Shown piece after piece: positions 44,364-53,391 of a stretch of 64,000 nucleotides of DNA (position 1 is its first letter; each line of letters starts with the position of its first letter). The notes below the pieces were generated by a model, which ran no database searches, was not told the origin of the DNA, and worked only from the letters and a program-made list of their open reading frames with translations. The translations under genes were made by a program, and so were the position numbers. The stretch covers positions 35,399 through 99,398 of the forward strand of contig JAGNDY010000001.1 of NCBI GenBank assembly GCA_018003655.1, read 5' to 3'. Source of the DNA: Candidatus Nanopelagicales bacterium (GTDB lineage Bacteria; Actinomycetota; Actinomycetes; S36-B12; UBA10799).

Positions 44364-45476
44364 ATGGTCTGCACCGTGACGTCTGTCGGCTCGAATGTGC
44401 GCGTGCGCGTTGCGGTCATTTTCGGTGGCCAAAGCAGCGAGCACAGCATCTCTTGTCTGTCGGCAGCCAGCGTCTTGGCCGCCATCGACCGGACACGGTA
44501 CGACGTTACGGCAGTCGGGATCAGTCGGACCGGTTCTTGGCACCGCGTCAGTGATGACCCAGCCGACTGGGCTCGCCAGGGTGACAATTTGCCCAGCATC
44601 ACCGGTGATGAGCCTGCCGCGACGATCGGCTTGGGTCCCAGTGCCACGGCCGGATCTGCCTCGACGATCGATGTCGATGTTGTGTTTCCTGTTCTGCACG
44701 GTCCCTTTGGCGAGGACGGCACGATCCAGGGTGCGCTGGAACTGGCCCACGTGCCTTACGTGGGTTCCGGTGTCCTTGCCTCGGCAGCCACCATGGATAA
44801 GCAGACGACCAAACTCCTGCTGGCCGCCTTCGGACTGCCGGTCGGCCGTTATGTTGGAATCAGCGACAGCAAATGGACCAGAGACCGCGAGGAGGCGCTT
44901 GCGCAGATCGCAACGTTGCGGTTCCCTGTCTTCGTCAAGCCGGCACGGGCTGGATCAAGTGTTGGCATCTCCAAGGTGCACGACCTCGATGCTGTTCCAG
45001 CCGCCATCGAGGAGGCCCGCAAACAGGATCACAAACTGATCATCGAAGAGTCGGTGGAGCACGCTCGAGAGATCGAATGTGGGGTCTTGGCCAGCCTGGG
45101 CTACGAGCCACCGCTGTCCAGTCGTTGTGCGGAAATCACTGTCCATGGCGGCCACGAGTTCTACGACTTCGCGGCAAAGTATCTGGACGACTCCGCGACC
45201 CTGACAGTCCCGGCTGATTTACCCGAAGCGGTCCATAAGGAACTCGGCGAACTCGCCGTTCGGGCGTTCGATGCGCTGGGATGTGACGGTCTGGCGAGGG
45301 TCGATTTCTTCCTGACCGAGGACGGTGATGCCGTCATTAACGAGATCAACACCATGCCCGGCTTCACGTCGATCTCGTTGTTCCCACGCATGTGGCAGGA
45401 CTCAGGCGTCTCCTACCCCGAACTCATCGATCACCTCATCAAAATCGCCTTGGAGCGAGGGACGGGCCTGCAATGA
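44364..45476 (+). CDS. ddl: D-alanine--D-alanine ligase
   Basis: A 370-aa ORF. 'RVAVIFGGQSSEHSISCLSA', 'VFPVLHGPFGEDGTIQG.LE', 'FVKPARAGSSVGISKV' and 'EINTMPGFT..S.FP.MW' are Ddl/ATP-grasp motifs. Confidence 0.9.
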   Translation: MVCTVTSVGSNVRVRVAVIFGGQSSEHSISCLSAASVLAAIDRTRYDVTAVGISRTGSWHRVSDDPADWARQGDNLPSITGDEPAATIGLGPSATAGSASTIDVDVVFPVLHGPFGEDGTIQGALELAHVPYVGSGVLASAATMDKQTTKLLLAAFGLPVGRYVGISDSKWTRDREEALAQIATLRFPVFVKPARAGSSVGISKVHDLDAVPAAIEEARKQDHKLIIEESVEHAREIECGVLASLGYEPPLSSRCAEITVHGGHEFYDFAAKYLDDSATLTVPADLPEAVHKELGELAVRAFDALGCDGLARVDFFLTEDGDAVINEINTMPGFTSISLFPRMWQDSGVSYPELIDHLIKIALERGTGLQ

Positions 45477-46189
45477 CCACGGTTCGAACGTTTGCCACAG
45501 TCGGAGTTGCCGCGGTTTCACTACTTCTCGGCGGCATGGTTGGTGAGCCTGCCTTCGGCATAGCATCCATGACCGCGACCGGACCTGCGGCCGAACGCCT
45601 GCCGACAATCGCCGGTGCGCCCCGGCCAACGATTGTCGCTGACCCGATTCCCTACGGAGCCAAGCGCAAGCGCCAGATGGCCGGTTACGCGTGGCGGCAC
45701 TATCGCACGAGGACGTGGAGACTGACCACCGTTAGGCAAATCGTGCTGCACTACACCGTCAGCAACGACTACACCTCCGTCCACAACTTCTTCGCAAACA
45801 ACTCTCGCGGGCTGGGCCCAGCTGGGAGCAAACCGGAAAGTCCAGGCAACTGCACACACTTCGTCGTCGCAAAGTCCGGCAGGATCTACCAGCAAGCGCC
45901 CCTGCGGATCATGTGCAGGGGGGCGATCGGACTTAACCACCGCAGTATCGGCATCGAGTTCGTCGAGATGCGTTCAGCGAACAACATCCTGGCCCGCAAA
46001 CGACAGGTGCGCGCAGGCCAGGCCCTCGTTCGGTGGTTGCAGGCGAAGTACCGGGTGAGGTCCTCGGACGTTATTGGACACGCCATGGTCAATCGGTCCA
46101 GGTTCTTCGTTGACTACGAAGGCTGGCACAACGATCACTCCGATTGGCGCACCGGCCAGGTACGCAAATTCCGCCGTGGTTTGCGGTAA
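45473..46189 (+). CDS. N-acetylmuramoyl-L-alanine amidase (Amidase_2/PGRP fold), secreted
   Basis: I trimmed the ORF to ATG 45473, which forms an ATGA overlap with the ddl stop. It has a signal-like 'FATVGVAAVSLLLGG' and 'IVLHYTVSNDY...HFVVAKSGRIYQ...NHRSIGIEFV...VIGHAM'. Confidence 0.75.
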   Translation: MTTVRTFATVGVAAVSLLLGGMVGEPAFGIASMTATGPAAERLPTIAGAPRPTIVADPIPYGAKRKRQMAGYAWRHYRTRTWRLTTVRQIVLHYTVSNDYTSVHNFFANNSRGLGPAGSKPESPGNCTHFVVAKSGRIYQQAPLRIMCRGAIGLNHRSIGIEFVEMRSANNILARKRQVRAGQALVRWLQAKYRVRSSDVIGHAMVNRSRFFVDYEGWHNDHSDWRTGQVRKFRRGLR

Positions 46190-46198
46190 CGGCACGTG

Positions 46199-46663
46199 CT
46201 ACGAGGCTCCCGGATCCGACGCGGTCACGGCGGTCGCCAAATCGACGAGGGCGTTCGTCTCGGGTTGGTACTTGGCCGGGACTGACACCTCCACGTTGGC
46301 CATTCGGCCCGTCGTCGTGAATCGGTACCCGGCCGAGAGCTGTTCTGGATACCAATCGACACCGTTGATCGTGATCAACTCGCTCGTCGGAGTCAGACCC
46401 GCCGGTTGGTCCACACCGCATCGCAGCGTTATGGGTGGCGAGCCCCAGGCGGCAGTGGTGCTGATCTGAGGGTCTGTGGTTCGCCGTCGCTGGCCGTCTA
46501 CCTCGGTCGGCAGTTGGCCCGACAACGCTGTGCAGACGTCCTGAATCTGGGGGGCGGTCGGAGCGGGCGCCGGCACTGCGACCGGTCGCGAGCACCCTGC
46601 GAGAACGAGTATCAATGCCGTCCCAAGCCCTAGGTGGACGCGACCAAGAGCGGCCCGGCCCAT
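46199..46663 (-). CDS. DUF3515 domain-containing lipoprotein
   Basis: I trimmed the ORF to ATG 46663 ('MGRAALGRVHLGLGTALILVLAGCS', lipobox LAGC). 'AAWGSPPITLRCGV' matches my recollection of the DUF3515 core. Confidence 0.7.
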   Translation of the reverse strand: MGRAALGRVHLGLGTALILVLAGCSRPVAVPAPAPTAPQIQDVCTALSGQLPTEVDGQRRRTTDPQISTTAAWGSPPITLRCGVDQPAGLTPTSELITINGVDWYPEQLSAGYRFTTTGRMANVEVSVPAKYQPETNALVDLATAVTASDPGAS

Positions 46664-46727
46664 GATTGCCGACGGTCGGTACACAAGGATGAGCGTAGAC
46701 GCGTGTGACATTGACAGGGGAGCAGCC

Positions 46728-47699
46728 GTGGATGAGGTAACACCCGATCAGTTGGTTGGTGACCTCGGCGAGCACCAGCTGATCGATGTATTGACGCGGC
46801 GACTGGAGCAGAACGAATCGGTGCTCGTCGGCCCCGGTGACGATGCCGCGGTCATTGCTACCCCCGATGCACGCTGCGTCGTGAGTACGGACTTGATGGT
46901 GGAAGGCAAGCATTTCAAGCGGGAGTGGTCTCGTGGGCACGACGTTGGCCGTCGACTGGCCGGCGCCAACCTCAGCGACATCTGCGCCATGGGTGCAGAC
47001 CCGACTGCCTTGGTTGTTGGTCTCGTGCTCCCAGCGACGACGACGGTAGCTTGGGTGCTGGACTTCGCCGACGGCCTCGTCGTGGAGTGCCGAATGGTGA
47101 ATGCCGCGGTGGTGGGTGGCGACCTTTCTGGTGGTGCCGCAATCACGGTGGCGGCAACGGCGCTAGGCGATCTTGGCGGCCGTGACGCGGTCCGTCGAGC
47201 TGGGGCCAAACCAGGAGATGTAGTTGCGCTGGCTGGCCGCGTTGGCTGGGCTGCTGCTGGATTATTCATCCTTGGCCGCGGATTCACTGCACCGAGGGCA
47301 TTGGTCGCCGCCCACCGGTTCCCGGAACCGCCCTACGCGGCCGGGAAGGCGGCTGCGTTGGCGGGAGCGACATCAATGATCGATGTCAGCGATGGTTTGG
47401 TCGCCGACATCGGCCACCTTGCCCGCGCATCGGGGGCGGTGATGGCGGTCAGCACCGACTCGCTACCCGTTGATGCACCTGTCCAGGACGCCGCCTCAGC
47501 GTTCAACGCCGATCCGATGGACTGGATTCTAACCGGCGGAGACGACCACGGCCTCGTGGCAACATTCCCACCAGGCATCGTCATGCCGGAAGGATTCCGA
47601 CCAATAGGAGTGGTGGAGGAGCTTGCGGGACGCTCACCGGAGGTTCGTGTTGACGGTGCGCAGTGGCAGAGTCCGGGCGGTTTTGACCACTTCAGCTAA
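46728..47699 (+). CDS. thiL: Thiamine-monophosphate kinase
   Basis: 'GEHQLIDVL', 'GDDAAV', 'DLMVEGKHF', 'G.RLAGANLSDI.AMGA.P' and 'GGDL' are the AIR-synthase-fold ThiL pattern. The start is uncertain: GTG 46728 lies 5 nt after GGGGAG, and the alternatives are ATG 46689 and 46662. Confidence 0.8.
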   Translation: MDEVTPDQLVGDLGEHQLIDVLTRRLEQNESVLVGPGDDAAVIATPDARCVVSTDLMVEGKHFKREWSRGHDVGRRLAGANLSDICAMGADPTALVVGLVLPATTTVAWVLDFADGLVVECRMVNAAVVGGDLSGGAAITVAATALGDLGGRDAVRRAGAKPGDVVALAGRVGWAAAGLFILGRGFTAPRALVAAHRFPEPPYAAGKAAALAGATSMIDVSDGLVADIGHLARASGAVMAVSTDSLPVDAPVQDAASAFNADPMDWILTGGDDHGLVATFPPGIVMPEGFRPIGVVEELAGRSPEVRVDGAQWQSPGGFDHFS

Positions 47700-47741
47700 C
47701 GGGGGTCACTGACTGGTCGTTCGGTTGCGAAGTCGACGACG

Positions 47742-47933
47742 TCAGACGGCGCGGGTGACCTTGCCAGCCTTGAGGCAAGCAGTGCAGACGTTCAATCGCT
47801 TCGGTGCTCCACCAACTAGTGTGCGCACGCGCTGGATATTGGGGTTCCAGCGGCGCTTAGTGCGTCGGTGTGAGTGCGAGATGCTGTGGCCGAAGCCTGG
47901 GCCTTTGCCGCACACGTCGCAATTCGCAGCCAC
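47742..47933 (-). CDS. rpmB: 50S ribosomal protein L28 (Zn-ribbon C+ form)
   Basis: A 63-aa ORF, '[37 protein letters not shown]...[10 protein letters not shown]'. The GTG start lies 6 nt after AGGAG on the minus strand. Confidence 0.9.
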   Translation of the reverse strand: MAANCDVCGKGPGFGHSISHSHRRTKRRWNPNIQRVRTLVGGAPKRLNVCTACLKAGKVTRAV

Positions 47934-47956
47934 GGTTAACTCCTGTTGATCGTCTC

Positions 47957-47979
47957 ATTGCCGTTGATCCAACGGCAAT
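47957..47979 (-). other. Perfect 9-bp stem / 5-nt loop hairpin in the rpmB 5' leader
   Basis: Read directly: ATTGCCGTT-GATCC-AACGGCAAT at 47957-47979, 24 nt upstream of the rpmB start codon. Its function is unknown. Confidence 0.4.
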
Positions 47980-48042
47980 CACAGTTACGGGGCGTACGGC
48001 CGCGCCAAATCCGATGCGACCGTGCCTTGGGTTGTCTACTCA

Positions 48043-48095
48043 GTCGTTCTGGGCTTGCTAGTCACTCTGTGCTTACTTGTCGTTCTGGGCTTGCT
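48043..48095. repeat. 17-nt direct repeat (GTCGTTCTGGGCTTGCT x2, 36-nt period) in the rpmB/DAK2 intergenic region
   Basis: Copies at 48043-48059 and 48079-48095 were read directly. The region is visibly less GC-rich than its flanks. Confidence 0.9.
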
Positions 48096-48249
48096 TGTTC
48101 TCAGTCCTACTTGTGGGCAGGGTGAAACCCACGCTCCTGTCAAAGCGTACCCGAGGGGTGCAAGATGCAGGCAGTCAGGCGTCTGATCGGACTAGGCTGC
48201 TGGGACTGATGAGAACGCGCCCGCACGAGCAAGGCTGGACGGAGACGGT

Positions 48250-49911
48250 ATGAGCGAGTCACTGGACGCCTCGGTAATCCGATCGTGGGCTTTGAAGTCA
48301 CTCGAGGGTCTGGGCGAAACCCGTGCGGAAATCGACGGACTCAACGTTTTCCCGGTCCCTGACGGTGACACCGGCACGAACCTGTTCCTCACGATGGAGT
48401 CGGCCTTTCAAGCGGTAGAAGTAGTCATGCCGGAGGCTGTTGTTGCCGGAGCTGCCCTGCCACCAGCGGGTGCGGTCATGAAAGCGTTTGCCCAGGGAGC
48501 GCTGCTCGGTGCCCGGGGTAATTCCGGCGTCATCACCAGCCAGCTTCTGCGTGGGTTTTCCGATGTCGTCAATGGGGCGGTCAACGGCACACCCTTGCAG
48601 GCCAGTGGGCTCGTTGAGGCGCTCACGTTGGCGTCCGAGCTTGCCTACGGAGCGGTTGGCGAACCTCGCGAGGGCACGGTGTTGACGGTATCCAGAGTTG
48701 CTGCCGAGTCGGCCAGCGCGGCCTTGGCGGACGATCCGAGCGCAGGTCTGACGGCAGTTGCGGCCGCAGCCGTGGATGGTGCACAGATTGCCCTCGATGA
48801 CACGCCAAATCTGCTGCCAGTACTCAAAGAGGCCGGTGTCGTGGACTCCGGGGGACGCGGATTGGTCGTCATTCTGGACGCATTGCTGGAGGCGATCACC
48901 GGCGAGCATCGGGCGCGCCAAGAGTACGCGCGCGCTGACGCGTCAATGACCATGGAAGCTCACACGGTGACCTATGGAGGCCCTGGTTACGAGGTCATGT
49001 ACCTGCTCGAGAGTCGGGACTCAGCGGTACCGGCGCTGCGAACTCAGCTCGGCGCGCTCGGGGACTCCCTGGTCGTCGTCGGCGGTGACGACCTGTGGAA
49101 CGTGCATGTGCACGTCGACGATGTCGGCGCGGCCATTGAGGCAGGTATCGAGGCCGGTCGGCCGTACCGGATCAAGGTCACCCACCTTGAGCAAGCCGAA
49201 GCGATTTTGCGGTCTGGCCGAGGAGAGTCCGTGGCGGACTCAACGCGACACGGTCGGGGTCTGATCGCGGTCGCGCACGGACCAGGAGTGAAGCAACTGC
49301 TGTTGGAAAACGCCGTCACCGTCGTTGACGCACTGCCCGGTCGTCGGCCATCGACGGCCGAGTTGCTCGATGGAGTCGCCCGATCTGGTGCCCGTGAGGT
49401 GGTGCTGTTGCCCAGCGATGGTGACACTCGGACTGTCGCGGAGGCCGCAGCGGAGCAAGCGCGCGAAGATGGTCTGCGAGTCGCCGTCATTCCCACGCGG
49501 TCCATCGTTCAGACGCTGGCCGCCGTGGCCGTGCATGATCAGGGCGCACACTTCGATGATGCAATCGTCTCGATGGGACGTGCGGCGGCCGCCACCCGCT
49601 ACGGAGCCGTGACCGTTGCCGTGAAGGATGCGGTCACCACTGCCGGGACCTGCCACGTGGACGACGTTTTGGGTCTGGTCGACGGCGACATTGTCGAGAT
49701 CGAGGATTCGCTGATCAGCGCCGCCGATCGGGTCATCGAGCGCATGCTCGCCAGTGGCGGCGAGCTGATCACCGTGGTGTCTGGCCAGGATGCCGACGCG
49801 AAGCTCGTCGCGTCGGTCGTCGCCACCGCGGAGCGGGTCAATCCGGACGTTGAGGTTGAGGTTATCGAGGGTCGCCAGCCGCTATGGCCGCTGATCCTCG
49901 GCGTCGAGTAG
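48250..49911 (+). CDS. DAK2 domain-containing protein (YloV-like, DegV-associated)
   Basis: A 553-aa ORF. 'VFPVPDGDTGTNL' and 'GARGNSGVI.SQ..RG' are Dak2 motifs. Its position immediately upstream of recG is conserved. Confidence 0.85.
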   Translation: MSESLDASVIRSWALKSLEGLGETRAEIDGLNVFPVPDGDTGTNLFLTMESAFQAVEVVMPEAVVAGAALPPAGAVMKAFAQGALLGARGNSGVITSQLLRGFSDVVNGAVNGTPLQASGLVEALTLASELAYGAVGEPREGTVLTVSRVAAESASAALADDPSAGLTAVAAAAVDGAQIALDDTPNLLPVLKEAGVVDSGGRGLVVILDALLEAITGEHRARQEYARADASMTMEAHTVTYGGPGYEVMYLLESRDSAVPALRTQLGALGDSLVVVGGDDLWNVHVHVDDVGAAIEAGIEAGRPYRIKVTHLEQAEAILRSGRGESVADSTRHGRGLIAVAHGPGVKQLLLENAVTVVDALPGRRPSTAELLDGVARSGAREVVLLPSDGDTRTVAEAAAEQAREDGLRVAVIPTRSIVQTLAAVAVHDQGAHFDDAIVSMGRAAAATRYGAVTVAVKDAVTTAGTCHVDDVLGLVDGDIVEIEDSLISAADRVIERMLASGGELITVVSGQDADAKLVASVVATAERVNPDVEVEVIEGRQPLWPLILGVE

Positions 49912-52200
49912 GTGGCGTTACACCCCGATCGGCAACCCTTGGGTAAGGATGAGCCGGTGACCGGTTCAGGCGTGCAACTGTCGACGCCACTACGTGACTG
50001 CGTCGGAGGCAGAACGGCCAAGGCGCTGGAAACTGGCTTCGGGATGACAACGGTTCGGGACCTGTTGCTGCACGCGCCCAGGCGCTACGTCGAACGCGGT
50101 CAACTCAGCGATCTGTCATCTCTGCACGAGGGTGATGAAGTGACCGTCGTGGCCGAAGTTCGGTCCGCGAGAGTCAAGCCGATGCGTGGCGGTCGCAACC
50201 AGATGCTGGAAGTCATCGTGACCGACGGGACAGCAGAGTTGAGTCTGACGTTCTTCCGACAGGCCTGGCGGGCCAAGGATTTGAGCCCCGGTCGGCGTGG
50301 GCTCTTCGCCGGGAAGGTGAATCGGTTCAACCGACGCCTGCAGCTGACACACCCCGACTATCTGATTTTGTCGGAGGACGACGCGGCCGCCGCTGGCATC
50401 GCTGCTGCGCGAGACTTTGCCGGCTCGCTCATTCCGGTCTACCCAGCAACAGGATCGATGAAGACGTGGAAGATCTCCAACGCCGTGACGATCGCCCTCG
50501 ACCAGGTCGTGTGGGAACTCGAACCGGACCCGCTTGGGCAGAAACTTCGGGAGCGACACGGCTTGGTCGACGCTGCTTGCGCATTCGAAGGCATCCATCG
50601 GCCCAAGGACATGGCCGATGTGCGCGCGGGTCAACGACGGTTGCGATGGGAGGAGGCCCTCGCGCTGCAAACTGTGCTGGCGGTCCGTCGATCGCAGTGG
50701 CGGGCACAGCCAGCTGTCGCGCGATCAGGTGGTGAGGGCGCCCTGGTGGCGGCGCTCGACGATCGATTGCCATTTGAGCTAACTGCGGGTCAGCGCGAGG
50801 TGAGCAAGGAGATCATGGGGGAGTTGGCATCAGTACACCCGATGCATCGACTCCTCCAAGGGGAGGTGGGTTCCGGGAAGACGATCGTGGCGCTGCGTGC
50901 GATGCTCGCGGTGGTGGAGTCCGGTGGCCAAGCGGCGTTACTCGCCCCCACAGAGGTGCTCGCGAGCCAGCACTACCGATCAATCACCACCGTGCTCGGC
51001 CCGATTGCTGCCCGGGGGATGTTAGGCGGTGACCAGGCAGGTACCGAGGTCGTCCTCGTCACCGGATCACAGCCGACGGCGGCCCGCCGTGGCGCGCTGC
51101 TCAAAGCCGCCAGCGGCGAGGCGGGAATCGTCATCGGAACGCACGCGCTGCTGGAAGACCGCGTCGTCTTCGCAGATCTTGGTCTGGTAGTGGTCGATGA
51201 GCAACACAGGTTCGGCGTGGAACAGCGTGCGGCTCTGACGGGCAAATCCATCGACGGTTTACGTCCCCATGTGCTGGTCATGACGGCAACGCCGATCCCG
51301 CGCACAGTTGCGATGACGGTCTTTGGTGACCTTGAGACCTCGACGTTGCGCGAGTTGCCGGCCGGACGCACGCCCATTGCTACGCATGTCGTGCCTGTTC
51401 GAGAGAAGCCCGGGTACCTGACTCGGACCTGGGAGCGAATCCGCGAGGAGGTCGCCCGAGGCCGACAGGCGTACGTGGTCTGCCCGAGAATCGGCTCCGC
51501 GGAGGATTCCGATGAGGGGCTGGAGCCGATGGTGGACGTCGGTGGGGACGGTGATTCACCGCCAGCCGCGGTGGTGACCGCCAGCGTTGAGGAGACGTTG
51601 GAACAACTATCCCGCGGGCCGCTGGCTGGCCTTCGGCTTTCCGCGCTGCACGGCCGAATGTCCGGAGAGGACAAGGACCTGACGATGCGCCGGTTCTCCG
51701 GCGATCCCACCGCCGCTGACGGGCTCGATGTACTGGTCTCGACGACCGTGATCGAGGTCGGAGTCGACGTTGCCAATGCGACGGTCATGGTCATCATGGA
51801 CGCCGACCGGTTCGGTGTCTCTCAACTGCATCAACTCCGGGGCCGGGTAGGCCGCGGGTCAGAACCAGGCTTGTGCCTGCTCGTGACCTCCACAGAAGCC
51901 GATTCCGCTGCACGGCAGCGACTGGAGGCCGTGTCGGCCACGACTGACGGTTTCGAATTATCCGTACTGGACCTGCAGAATCGGCGGGAAGGCGATGTCT
52001 TGGGCGCCGAACAGTCTGGGCGCAAATCGTCCCTGCGCAGCTTGTCGCTTCTGCGCGACGAGCTGATCATCGCCGACGCGAGGCTAGAGGCGGTCTCAAT
52101 CGTTGAGGCCGACCCGCAGTTGACCAAGACGCCGGCCTTGCGTGACCTCGCGGCGCAGATCGTCGGGCCGGATGCGGTGGACTGGTTGGATCGGTCGTAA
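49912..52200 (+). CDS. recG: ATP-dependent DNA helicase RecG
   Basis: A 762-aa ORF with a wedge domain and an SF2 helicase: 'LLQGEVGSGKT', 'VVVDEQHRFGV', 'MTATPIPRT' and 'LHQLRGRVGRG'. The start is uncertain (GTG 49912 or GTG 49957). Confidence 0.9.
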   Translation: MALHPDRQPLGKDEPVTGSGVQLSTPLRDCVGGRTAKALETGFGMTTVRDLLLHAPRRYVERGQLSDLSSLHEGDEVTVVAEVRSARVKPMRGGRNQMLEVIVTDGTAELSLTFFRQAWRAKDLSPGRRGLFAGKVNRFNRRLQLTHPDYLILSEDDAAAAGIAAARDFAGSLIPVYPATGSMKTWKISNAVTIALDQVVWELEPDPLGQKLRERHGLVDAACAFEGIHRPKDMADVRAGQRRLRWEEALALQTVLAVRRSQWRAQPAVARSGGEGALVAALDDRLPFELTAGQREVSKEIMGELASVHPMHRLLQGEVGSGKTIVALRAMLAVVESGGQAALLAPTEVLASQHYRSITTVLGPIAARGMLGGDQAGTEVVLVTGSQPTAARRGALLKAASGEAGIVIGTHALLEDRVVFADLGLVVVDEQHRFGVEQRAALTGKSIDGLRPHVLVMTATPIPRTVAMTVFGDLETSTLRELPAGRTPIATHVVPVREKPGYLTRTWERIREEVARGRQAYVVCPRIGSAEDSDEGLEPMVDVGGDGDSPPAAVVTASVEETLEQLSRGPLAGLRLSALHGRMSGEDKDLTMRRFSGDPTAADGLDVLVSTTVIEVGVDVANATVMVIMDADRFGVSQLHQLRGRVGRGSEPGLCLLVTSTEADSAARQRLEAVSATTDGFELSVLDLQNRREGDVLGAEQSGRKSSLRSLSLLRDELIIADARLEAVSIVEADPQLTKTPALRDLAAQIVGPDAVDWLDRS

Positions 52201-52202
52201 GG

Positions 52203-52772
52203 ATGCCAAGGATCATCTCCGGCTCGGCTGGAGGCCGCCGTCTACTCGTTCCCAAGCATGGGACGAGGCCCACTTCCGATCGGGTGCGGGAGTCGCTGTT
52301 CTCTTCGCTTGATCACCGACTCGGGGGTTGGCAGGGCCTGCGAGTGCTCGACTTGTTCGCCGGCTCGGGTGCGCTGGGCCTGGAGGCGTTGTCGCGGGGT
52401 GCTGCCCACGCAACTCTGGTCGATTCTGCCCGCGACGCGGTTCGGCTATGCCGAGAGAACGTCGGGAAGACCGGGCTGCCGGCTGATGTCGTGAGTTCCG
52501 ATGTGACGCGTTACGTCACCCGGCCGGGCGATTCACGGTTTGACGTGGTCTTCGCTGATCCGCCCTACGACCTGCCCGCCAAGGTACTGGAGAGCGTGCT
52601 GATCAACCTGGCCACAAACGGCTGGTTAGCCAGCGACGCCACCTTGATCCTTGAGCGCGATGCTGCCGATTCCCAGATCACCTGGCCACCGGGCTTCAGC
52701 CAGGTGGCCGAGCGCCGGATGGGCGACACGATGGTGAGATTCGCCCATTGGACCGATCTCGATGGGAATTAG
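52203..52772 (+). CDS. rsmD: 16S rRNA (guanine966-N2)-methyltransferase
   Basis: A 189-aa ORF. 'RPTSDRVRESLFS', 'LDLFAGSGALGLEALSRGA' and 'VFADPPY' are RsmD motifs. Confidence 0.85.
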   Translation: MPRIISGSAGGRRLLVPKHGTRPTSDRVRESLFSSLDHRLGGWQGLRVLDLFAGSGALGLEALSRGAAHATLVDSARDAVRLCRENVGKTGLPADVVSSDVTRYVTRPGDSRFDVVFADPPYDLPAKVLESVLINLATNGWLASDATLILERDAADSQITWPPGFSQVAERRMGDTMVRFAHWTDLDGN

Positions 52773-52859
52773 TGAACAATAGGCTCACAGGCGGTCCGGC
52801 CAAGCCGGGCGACGTCCGGCAAAACGACCGAAGTGAGCGATCGAACGGAGTGCCGCCAG

Positions 52860-53345
52860 GTGCGCAAAGCAGTGTGTCCCGGGTCTTTCGATCCGGTGAC
52901 CTTCGGTCATCTGGACATCGTCAGTCGAGCGGCATCGCTGTTCGACGAGGTCACAGTCGCGGTTCTCATCAACAAGCGGAAGGCGAGCTTGTTCACCGTC
53001 GACGAGCGGATCGAGATGCTCAAAGAGGCCACGGCCGATCACGAGAACGTCGTGGTCGATGCCTTTCACGGGCTGTTGGTTGACTTCTGCCGCGAAAAGC
53101 AGATCTCCGCGATCGTCAAGGGCCTACGGGCAGTCAGCGACTTCGACTACGAACTGCAGATGGCGCAAATGAATAACCGATTGACCGGCGTGGAGACGCT
53201 CTTTGTTTCCACCAACCCGCTTTACAGTTACTTGTCCTCTTCCCTGGTCAAGGACGTCGCCACGTATGGCGGCGACGTCACCGGTCTCGTCCCGGACGCG
53301 GTACTCGAACAGATGAACGTGAAGTTGGCCGAGCGCGGTCAATAG
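52860..53345 (+). CDS. coaD: Phosphopantetheine adenylyltransferase
   Basis: 'AVCPGSFDPVTFGHLDIV', 'KGLRAVSDFDYE.QMA.MN' and 'SSS.VK' are CoaD motifs. I prefer GTG 52860 (9 nt after GGAG). The track start at 52833 is also GTG. Confidence 0.9.
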   Translation: MRKAVCPGSFDPVTFGHLDIVSRAASLFDEVTVAVLINKRKASLFTVDERIEMLKEATADHENVVVDAFHGLLVDFCREKQISAIVKGLRAVSDFDYELQMAQMNNRLTGVETLFVSTNPLYSYLSSSLVKDVATYGGDVTGLVPDAVLEQMNVKLAERGQ

Positions 53346-53391
53346 CGACTAGTGACCGACGATCCTCCACCGGATCGTCAGGAAGGCAGAC

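Noticed and set aside
47711-47735. The short inverted repeat GTCGT...ACGAC between convergent thiL and rpmB, considered as a possible terminator.
   Set aside because: The stem is only 5 bp, the interior is poorly paired and there is no U-tract. It is too weak to call.
47870-48061. A 63-aa plus-strand ORF overlapping the rpmB start and its leader.
   Set aside because: It is antisense to the rpmB 5' end and RBS, it is Arg/Cys/Pro-rich, and it has no RBS.
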